This document shows, piece after piece, positions 1-7,467 of a stretch of 64,000 bases of DNA. The first letter of the stretch is position 1. The number at the start of each line of letters is the position of its first letter. A program made the position numbers and the translations under genes. Under the pieces are notes generated by a model. It made no database searches. It saw only the letters and a list, made by a program, of their open reading frames with translations, and had not been told where the DNA came from. The stretch is from Candidatus Izemoplasmatales bacterium (GTDB lineage Bacteria > Bacillota_I > Bacilli_A > Izemoplasmatales > Hujiaoplasmataceae), in NCBI GenBank assembly GCA_050949045.1, contig JBMNEZ010000001.1, positions 1,024,001 through 1,088,000 on the forward strand. The letters are read 5' to 3'.

Positions 1-3000
1 GTAACTCATGAGTGTAGTGGAATTGACATATACCTGAACAATACGGTTGAAGGCGTCGTACTCGATCTCATAATAGTATGTAGGTGAAGACGGGTTTTCG
101 TATTCCAGACAAATCTTGCTCAAGCGGTCTTTGGAGTCGTAGAGGTATGCCACATGCGCGAGTGATTCTTCCGAAGATTCACCTAAATCGACCCCCGAAT
201 CAACCTCGACCAGTTTTACTTCGTCATCATAAACCATAGACGAATAACCGTTCTTTGCATTTGTGATCGCTTGAAGCAATCCGGTTAAGACATCGGTCGT
301 ATAGGCGGTGATATTTCCGTATTCATCGGTTGTCGAGGAGACATATTGGGAATAGTGGAGGTAGGTTGTCGATGTTGTGTAGTAAGTACTCCCATTGCCG
401 ACTTCTAAACTGGTAACTTGCCCATAGTCATTATATGTAGGTGTAACCGATACATTATTGTAGATGGTAATGGCTTCCAGTCTTTCGTTCTCACTGCTTA
501 TTGTGGTTGTTACATCATTATGTGTGATGGAACTAGGAATTTGGGAATAATTGTCAGGATATGCATATTGAGTTATATCCCCGTTTTGAGATGTGATTTT
601 GTCGACCCGGCCATAATCATCGTATAGGTAATATGTGAATGTAGATTCATATGTCGCTGTGATGCCGTCAAAAGAAACCGACCCCTCCCCTTTATACTCC
701 AAGTATAGGTAAATCTTTGCAGATCCAGCAGGTATTTCGAACTCTTTATGAGCATATTGCCAACCGGAAACTGATGTGTCAAACGAAATATAGTGTGTAT
801 CGATAACGGTATCCGTAGCGTCTAGAAATTTGACTCGAATTCTGAAGTATCTGACACCTAAATCACTTGAAAAGGAGATTGGTGTTCCTTCGGATTTTCC
901 CCATCCGCCGATTGTCAAGGCTCCCTCATGTGATAGATCGAGATACTTGCTAACCTCTGTCAGCGCATAGCGTGGATCGTTTCCCGAACCTAGGATTGTT
1001 ATTCCATATGTTCCAAGAATATCCTCGAAATCATCGTCTTCATAGTTGTTTTCCGCCCGGCTAACATTGGAACTACTGAAAGTCCACCCCGGCAAAGTCG
1101 TCCCATCCACATACTCAAAAGATGAGTTTTCAATTGCGTTCTGTCTCTTGGTTGAGAACCCTTTGTTGATTTGGATGCCATCGAAATATGCGCTTCCGCT
1201 GCTTGCATTCACCAATCTGACCGTCACTGAAGTCTCATCGTTTTCCACTACGAAATATACTTCCCTTAGCACCCACTCTCCACTATTACCTACCGACTGA
1301 AATCCACTGGAATAAGATGCTCCCGAAACACTTATGTATACTCCTGTCGGTTCGCTTCCTGAAGTTGCGTTTTTCACATAACCTGACAACGTGTAAGTCC
1401 CTGCTTTGAGTACCACGGATTGCGAAATTATTCCGATGCTATCTGTTGCAGTTGCGATCTTCATCGAATACAAGCCAACCCTTTTTTGAGTAGTGGTTCT
1501 CGATGCGGTAGAAGTGGAGGCGTAGGGATACTTAAAGTAATTCCAACCATCGAAGTCTCCGGACAAATCGAACTCGAACCCCGAATTGACAAGCGGATTG
1601 ACATTCGTGACTTCAATTCCTGATTGATATGCCAGTTTGTGGTTCATATCATAGTCGGGGTCGCCATCAAGGTAAGTATACGTTGACCCATCATCACCCA
1701 CTAATTTGAACAGGTCACAATAGGCGAATGATCGGCTGTTGCCTAAGTAATCTAATGTGTTAACGGTATGCCCGTAATCATCGAACTTCATGGTGACGAA
1801 GTGTCCGTTTTGATCGGTGATCGTCGTTTGTTTATCGCCATAACTATGTTTATTCGAAGAAAAGACATTCCCGGAGGATTGAATCCATGTTTTTGTTCTG
1901 ATAATCTTGTTTGCAGGAAGCGTATAGATGTAACTGACTCCCAAACCGGTTTGGGTGGCAGCTTCATAGGCAGAGGTCAATCGACCTCCGAAATCAAAAG
2001 AATAGTATGAGTATTCACTCGCTGAATAAGAACTGTCAAAGTTATAGTTCATCTGATGACAAACGCTAGAGAGTGTGTGCTTGAATAAATTGGAATTAAA
2101 CGTGTAGGAGTATTTGGTTTGTTCAAGAGGGTTCACTGAATAGCCGCCGCTCGGATTTTTAACATATAGTTTCGCGTACTCTAGTCTTCCGGAAGAATAA
2201 CTGAGTGTTATCTTGTTACCGGTGTCATCTTGGATCTCTGTGATTTTGGATGGATTAGTCGGATCTCGCATGATCGTTGTTTCCAGCCAATCGACACCAA
2301 TCCACTCCCCCACGCCACTTAAATGCCAGATATTGCCTGATTCGTAATCAAACCAGTATAGCGTCAGATCGGGGGTAAGAAGATAATATCCAATAACCGA
2401 TGAGGAAACATTGACTACCTTCAGTAGTATTCTGCCGCTTCCGTCTTCTGCCTTCAGATAGATTCCGGTGCATCCGGAAAGCACATAATTACTGAGAATA
2501 TCAGATTTGGTGTCGCAGATATCTCCGGGGAAATCCTGATAGTATACTTTTGAGCCCGTGGCATCAACGACGAAATGCCTATTAACAGATGGATCATACC
2601 CGGCAACCATACTATATGAAGTCTGCCAGCCTGCTCCATAGCCGATATCAGTAGTTCTTTGGTAAACACTATGAATCATCGACAAGTTCAGAGATTGCTT
2701 TTCCGTTTGAAATGTGAGATCGTTCCGGATCCAAGTCAGCGATCCTGTTAGATCAGACACGTATCCGATTCCCGCATTTCCTGCGCTTTGTGAGGAATAG
2801 GTCCAGTAATCCTTAATTCCTTGGGGGTCAATATATCCGATTTCGATTACCGGATTCTTATTAGAAGCTTCAGATGAATAGAATCTAGTGTATTCTCCGA
2901 CTCCTTCTTTATCTTTGATTGTGAATCCATAATTCGGACTAACCCCGCCTACCCATTCCCTGACTGATTTTGTGATGTTAAATATATAAGGTTCACTGGT

Positions 3001-4317
3001 GACGCGGTTAACTCTCACATAGTCAACCATTTCTAATCGATAAGATGGTTCGGGTTCCATCCATGTGTTCCAAGTGACAACATTTTCCGAAAACTTTGAT
3101 GTATTATGGTGAAGCGCAATTGTTCGTGTTGCCGCTGTTGTATTGTACTTGAAAAGACTCAAGTTTGCATAAGTGATCTGTTTACCACTCAGATCAGGCA
3201 TTACGAAACTGATCAAACCCCGTCTTTCCAAGCTAGTAGAAAGGTTGTATGAGGCATAGAAGTAACTACTGCTGCCATAGTTACTATCTGGCGATGACTT
3301 CGAAATGTATGTGTCCTGGATCGAAAATGACTGATAGACACTGCTGATTGTCGGATCGATTACCACTGGATACACAGCAGTACTCAACCATTCTGAATCC
3401 GGAATGATAGTGACGGTATATGTTCCGTCTTTGCTCTGTTCGACGTTCAATTCGACCGTTGTTGATTCCTCGCCGCTTTGGTCATACATGTAGAGGCTGC
3501 TAAACCTGAATACTTCTTCTTGTTCTTTGTTAACGAATACAAATGATCCGTCTTCGCTTTTGACAAGCGACAAATTTGTCATGGAATAGTCGAATGACAA
3601 CGAGAAATCCTTGACGTATCTGTCCAAGATGATGTTCTCTTTGAGTTGGCTGCCGGTAATGACATATTCAACCGATACTCCATCCATGACCCTTTCATAT
3701 TGGACTGCCTGAGCGGTCTTTGTCAGTGTTTTCGGATCCCGAGGCTTCTCTGTGCTCTCCGAATAGGCGATTCTTGCATTGTCGCACGCATCAAGAGACC
3801 ACGAGATTAGATAATCCCCTTGAAATAATCTGACTGATTTATCCTTTTCCGCGGTTTCGGGAAACTCAACCTTGAAACTGTTGGCTTTGGTGGAATACGA
3901 TTGGCTGCTCTCGTTATAGACGAGCGAATTGTCAATGTCTACGTATTTGCCATTATCAAGATAATGAACGACATCACCATAGAGAACAGCGACATAACTC
4001 CCGTCGGCTTTCAGAAACGTTTTGGTGTCGGTTGTTCTTTGATCAATCACTTCCGCGACGATCTCAACCTCGGAAATATCAAAATCCGGATCAGTCGTAG
4101 TCTTGTATTTAATTTGCTTTTCTTCTTGTTCTTGTTCCGTGATTTCCTCAGATAGCGGTTCATCAACCGCATACGCCCGGACTTGCTTGGCTGGTAGTGC
4201 TGAGGTTACCAACATCAAGACTGTCATGATGATGATTACTATTTTGCGCAATTTCACATTGAAGTAGATTCCGGCAGGACCGATGCTGTGGTGATCAATG
4301 ATAATCGGCTGTTTCAT
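1..4317 (-). CDS. Large secreted YD/RHS-repeat protein with WapA-like N-terminal region and DNRLRE-type domain; 3' end runs off the window (>=1439 aa)
   Basis: Not in the ORF track because there is no stop in the window. ATG at 4317 follows an AGGAG RBS. Hand translation of sampled segments: MKQPII...KLRKIVIIIMTVLMLVTSALPAKQVRA (signal peptide), TKRFLKADGSYVAVLYGDVVHYLDNGKYVDIDNSL, LKENIILD, YMYDQSG, YPVVIDPT, IQDTYISKSSPDSNYG, VTWN, FNITKSVREW..PNYGF, FYSSEA, GIKDYWTY. The same frame at the window edge reads YEIEYDAFNRIVQV (YD repeat). Not every codon was checked. Confidence 0.85.
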   Translation of the reverse strand, partial: MKQPIIIDHHSIGPAGIYFNVKLRKIVIIIMTVLMLVTSALPAKQVRAYAVDEPLSEEITEQEQEEKQIKYKTTTDPDFDISEVEIVAEVIDQRTTDTKTFLKADGSYVAVLYGDVVHYLDNGKYVDIDNSLVYNESSQSYSTKANSFKVEFPETAEKDKSVRLFQGDYLISWSLDACDNARIAYSESTEKPRDPKTLTKTAQAVQYERVMDGVSVEYVITGSQLKENIILDRYVKDFSLSFDYSMTNLSLVKSEDGSFVFVNKEQEEVFRFSSLYMYDQSGEESTTVELNVEQSKDGTYTVTIIPDSEWLSTAVYPVVIDPTISSVYQSFSIQDTYISKSSPDSNYGSSSYFYASYNLSTSLERRGLISFVMPDLSGKQITYANLSLFKYNTTAATRTIALHHNTSKFSENVVTWNTWMEPEPSYRLEMVDYVRVNRVTSEPYIFNITKSVREWVGGVSPNYGFTIKDKEGVGEYTRFYSSEASNKNPVIEIGYIDPQGIKDYWTYSSQSAGNAGIGYVSDLTGSLTWIRNDLTFQTEKQSLNLSMIHSVYQRTTDIGYGAGWQTSYSMVAGYDPSVNRHFVVDATGSKVYYQDFPGDICDTKSDILSNYVLSGCTGIYLKAEDGSGRILLKVVNVSSSVIGYYLLTPDLTLYWFDYESGNIWHLSGVGEWIGVDWLETTIMRDPTNPSKITEIQDDTGNKITLSYSSGRLEYAKLYVKNPSGGYSVNPLEQTKYSYTFNSNLFKHTLSSVCHQMNYNFDSSYSASEYSYYSFDFGGRLTSAYEAATQTGLGVSYIYTLPANKIIRTKTWIQSSGNVFSSNKHSYGDKQTTITDQNGHFVTMKFDDYGHTVNTLDYLGNSRSFAYCDLFKLVGDDGSTYTYLDGDPDYDMNHKLAYQSGIEVTNVNPLVNSGFEFDLSGDFDGWNYFKYPYASTSTASRTTTQKRVGLYSMKIATATDSIGIISQSVVLKAGTYTLSGYVKNATSGSEPTGVYISVSGASYSSGFQSVGNSGEWVLREVYFVVENDETSVTVRLVNASSGSAYFDGIQINKGFSTKRQNAIENSSFEYVDGTTLPGWTFSSSNVSRAENNYEDDDFEDILGTYGITILGSGNDPRYALTEVSKYLDLSHEGALTIGGWGKSEGTPISFSSDLGVRYFRIRVKFLDATDTVIDTHYISFDTSVSGWQYAHKEFEIPAGSAKIYLYLEYKGEGSVSFDGITATYESTFTYYLYDDYGRVDKITSQNGDITQYAYPDNYSQIPSSITHNDVTTTISSENERLEAITIYNNVSVTPTYNDYGQVTSLEVGNGSTYYTTSTTYLHYSQYVSSTTDEYGNITAYTTDVLTGLLQAITNAKNGYSSMVYDDEVKLVEVDSGVDLGESSEESLAHVAYLYDSKDRLSKICLEYENPSSPTYYYEIEYDAFNRIVQVYVNSTTLMSY

Positions 4318-4504
4318 AGCGGAATTCTCCTAATATATATATATTTTCCCATATATGTATTTTTTTTCTTTATTTTAACAGTATGAGGCTTTACTATAAT
4401 AAGCATTGATAAGATCACAGACTATTTCATTTTCTCCTAATAGCATTTAATGACTGGTACTGTAAGGATATAAGCTGTGACTTTAATTAAATATGGTTAT
4501 TAGT

Positions 4505-4791
4505 TGGTATGGAAAGCCTTTTTAGGACAATTTTCACATAGATACTTGTAATCGATAATCAACTGGGGATAAATACCCTAAACCGCTATGGATCCTCTTG
4601 GTGTTGTACCAGTTGATATAGTCAAACAACTCCATTTCCATTTGTTCCAGATTGGCGAATTTCCTGTTTCAGACAAACTCCGTTTTGATGATCTTGTATA
4701 ATACTTTCGCTACCGCGTTATCATAAGGACATCTGGGATTGCTAAGTGATCTTCTGATACCGAAAGCAGTTAGAATCTCTTCAATGGCAAT
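4505..4791 (-). mobile_element. IS3-family (IS150-like) transposase 3' remnant with right terminal inverted repeat
   Basis: Translates IEEILTAFGIRRSLSNPRCPYDNAVAKVLYKIIKTEFV*NRKFANLEQMEMELFDYINWYNTKRIHSGLGYLSP. This carries the IS3 integrase C-terminal motifs YDNAVA and WYNxxRxHSxLGYxSP, with an in-frame TGA. It ends in an IR-like ...ttgtcctaaaaaggctttccatacCA at 4505. Confidence 0.8.
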
Positions 4792-4905
4792 GTATTTGAC
4801 TAATGTGATTCTTTCAGTATCAGTAATAGCAATGATATCGCCTTGGAGGTTCTTGATGTAAATGTAATCATCTTCATTTAATGTGTACCCAATCAAACTG
4901 GAAGA
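4792..4905 (-). pseudogene. Orphan RHS-core fragment, truncated by the IS3 remnant
   Basis: SSLIGYTLNEDDYIYIKNLQGDIIAITDTERITLVKY matches the Firmicute RHS core pattern (YxYxKNLQGDIIAI...V.Y.YD). It joins directly to the IS3 sequence. The 75-aa ORF 4669..4896 is this chimera. Confidence 0.7.
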
Positions 4906-4940
4906 TAAAACCGTGAATCACTCTGTGCTAAAGAAGATAT

Positions 4941-6116
4941 CTATGAACCTGTATCGTCAAATATCAAACTATATTCATTTCCATCAAATCCTATCCCGGC
5001 AACTTGACTTTCGTCAACGCCAACCAACAACTCTTCAACAACAGTCACATAATTGATTTCTTCTAGGGGAATGTATCCACCAGTCGTGGTTTTCTTTGCG
5101 TATATTGCCGATACTGAAGTATTAACGCCATCTTGTTTTTTCAAAATCACCTCTCCAATCAGATAATTTTGAATGTATAACAAATGCAATACATAGATAT
5201 TTTCCTGTCCATTCTCATCTAACAAAGGTATCGCAATGACTGTTTCGAAATCATAGAGATTGTCTACGCGTGTTTCCCCCGTAGTGAATATGTCTTGATA
5301 CCTGTATTTATTCATATATCCACTTGCGTATAACACTTTCGTTTTCCAAGGAAAAGTGGGAATACTCTCTATTATCGCAGTTCTGATGAGCCAGTATATG
5401 TCGAATTTGTCTTTTCCCTCTTCTACTGTCGAGAAAGGATTAACCCACCCGAAGGAAAATAATCCATAGTAGTAAAACTTGATATCGTTTTCTCCATCAA
5501 GAATTCCGATAGGGTATATTGTCTGATATCCAGTCGCTTTATAAGCTACTCCCAGCAACTGAAAGGTGGGATAGTCTGCTTGAGAAGACGAAATCATCCA
5601 AAAACAATGATCGTCACTCAACGTGGAATAATAGATTGTATCATCGATAATCATTTGAAACTCAGCGATTTGCACTTCACCCTCTTCTTCGAAAACATGA
5701 ATGGTCTTCGTGCCGAGTAAAACATCATCAGCACTGAACAGGCACACCACTAAAGAGGTGGACTCCAAATAAGTACCGTATACAGGTATGACTGATATAT
5801 CGTCAGCGTTATTGTATAATTCTTTAAACGCATCTGAAGCTATCTCACTTTCGGCATACAACGAAAGATGGTCAACGATGTCCAAATCGATTGCATCATC
5901 AACATAATAGTCTTCAACAACCCCATTTACCGGTCTGGCATCATCTTCAATTTGGGGAAACTCTATGGTGATGGTAAAAAAATCCTGAGAGGTTATTGTT
6001 GTTGTCGTTGTTGTAAAAGTATCGGTCCCAGTAGATTCTTCGCGGCAAGATCCGAAAGATACAAATAGTGCGACTGTAAAAACGAATACAAACAACCTTT
6101 TCATAACCATCTTCAC
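4941..6116 (-). CDS. Lipoprotein, copy A (putative immunity/inhibitor partner)
   Basis: 391-aa ORF with MKR + hydrophobic stretch + FGSC lipobox and a Thr-rich linker. About 92% identical to 6292..7467 by hand count. The start could be GTG 6116 or a nearby ATG. Confidence 0.8.
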   Translation of the reverse strand: MKMVMKRLFVFVFTVALFVSFGSCREESTGTDTFTTTTTTITSQDFFTITIEFPQIEDDARPVNGVVEDYYVDDAIDLDIVDHLSLYAESEIASDAFKELYNNADDISVIPVYGTYLESTSLVVCLFSADDVLLGTKTIHVFEEEGEVQIAEFQMIIDDTIYYSTLSDDHCFWMISSSQADYPTFQLLGVAYKATGYQTIYPIGILDGENDIKFYYYGLFSFGWVNPFSTVEEGKDKFDIYWLIRTAIIESIPTFPWKTKVLYASGYMNKYRYQDIFTTGETRVDNLYDFETVIAIPLLDENGQENIYVLHLLYIQNYLIGEVILKKQDGVNTSVSAIYAKKTTTGGYIPLEEINYVTVVEELLVGVDESQVAGIGFDGNEYSLIFDDTGS

Positions 6117-6291
6117 TCCTGAACAAGTAGAACTATTGCAAAGAAATCGTTATAAGTGCTAAGAGAAAGAGTTTGGATAACATATTCAGATTCCCAACTG
6201 TCACTAAGATAAACAACATAATCCTCATTTAATGTGAACCCAATCAAACTGGAAGATAAAACCGTGAATCACTCTGTGCTAAAGAAGATAT

Positions 6292-7467
6292 CTATGAACC
6301 TGTATCGTCAAATATCAAACTATATTCATTACCATCAAATCCTATCCCGACAACTTGAGTTTCATCAACGCCAACCAACAACTCTTCAACAACAGTCACA
6401 TAGTTGATTTCTTCTAGGGGAATGTATCCACCAGTCGTGGTTTTCTTTGCGTATATTGCCGATACTGAAGTATTTACGCCATCTTGATTTTTCAAAATCA
6501 CCTCTCCAATCAGATAATTTTGAATGTATAACAAATGCAATACATAGATATCTTCCTGTCCATTCTCATCTAACAAAGGTATCGCAATGACTGTTTCGAA
6601 ATCATAGAGGTTGTCTACGCGTGTTTCCCCCATAGTGAATATGTCTTGATGCTTGTATTTATTCATATATCCTTCTGTGTATAACACTTTCGTTTTCCAA
6701 GGAAAAGTGGGAATACTCTTTATTATCGCAGTTCTGATGCCCCAGTATATGTCGAATTTGTCTTTTCCCTCTTCTACTGTCGAGAAAGGATTAACCCACC
6801 CGAAGGAAAATAATCCATAGTAGTAAAACTTGATATAATTTTCTCCATCAAGAATTCCGATAGGATATATTGTCTGAAATCCAGTCGCTTTATAAGCTAC
6901 TCCCAACAACTGAAAGGTGGGATAGTCTGCTTGAGAAGACGATATCTTCAAAAAACATTGTCTGTCACTCAACGGGTTATGATTACTTGTATCACCTATG
7001 ATTATTGTGAACTCAGTTATTTGCACTTCACCCTCTTCTTCGAAAACATGAATGGTCTTCGTGCCGAGTAAAACATCATCAGCGCTGAACAGGCACACCA
7101 CTAAAGAGGTGGACTCCAAATAAGTACCGTATACAGGGATGATTGATATATCATCAGCGTTATTGTATAATTCTTTAAACGCATTTGAAGCCGTATCGCT
7201 TTCGGCATACAACGAAAGATGGTCAACGATGTCCAAATCGATTGCATCATCAACATAATAGTCTTCAACAACCCCATTTACCGGTCTGGCATCATCTTCA
7301 ATTTGGGGAAACTCTATGGTGATGGTAAAAAAATCCTGAGAGGTTATTGTTGTTGTCGTTGTTATAAAAGTTTCGGTTCCAGTAGATTCTTCGCGACAGG
7401 ATCCGAAAGATACAAATAGTGCGACTGTAAAAACGAATACAAACAACCTTTTCATAACCATCTTCAC
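6292..7467 (-). CDS. Lipoprotein, copy B (putative immunity/inhibitor partner)
   Basis: 391-aa ORF with lipobox FGSC. The start overlaps the TGA of the upstream 895-aa gene (GTGA), with an AGGAG RBS inside that gene's tail. Confidence 0.8.
   Translation of the reverse strand: MKMVMKRLFVFVFTVALFVSFGSCREESTGTETFITTTTTITSQDFFTITIEFPQIEDDARPVNGVVEDYYVDDAIDLDIVDHLSLYAESDTASNAFKELYNNADDISIIPVYGTYLESTSLVVCLFSADDVLLGTKTIHVFEEEGEVQITEFTIIIGDTSNHNPLSDRQCFLKISSSQADYPTFQLLGVAYKATGFQTIYPIGILDGENYIKFYYYGLFSFGWVNPFSTVEEGKDKFDIYWGIRTAIIKSIPTFPWKTKVLYTEGYMNKYKHQDIFTMGETRVDNLYDFETVIAIPLLDENGQEDIYVLHLLYIQNYLIGEVILKNQDGVNTSVSAIYAKKTTTGGYIPLEEINYVTVVEELLVGVDETQVVGIGFDGNEYSLIFDDTGS

Noticed and set aside
418..4155. 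Short ORFs on both strands listed in the ORF track
   Set aside because: Shadow frames of the large RHS gene; no recognisable motifs.
4669..4896. 75-aa ORF as a real gene
   Set aside because: It is a chance in-frame fusion of an RHS stub and an IS3 remnant.
5595..7017. Diversity-generating retroelement (TR/VR pair) explaining the lipoprotein variable patch
   Set aside because: Only about 13 of 23 differences in the patch are at adenines of one copy (hand count). Both copies are full genes, the patch is mid-protein, and no reverse transcriptase is in the window.
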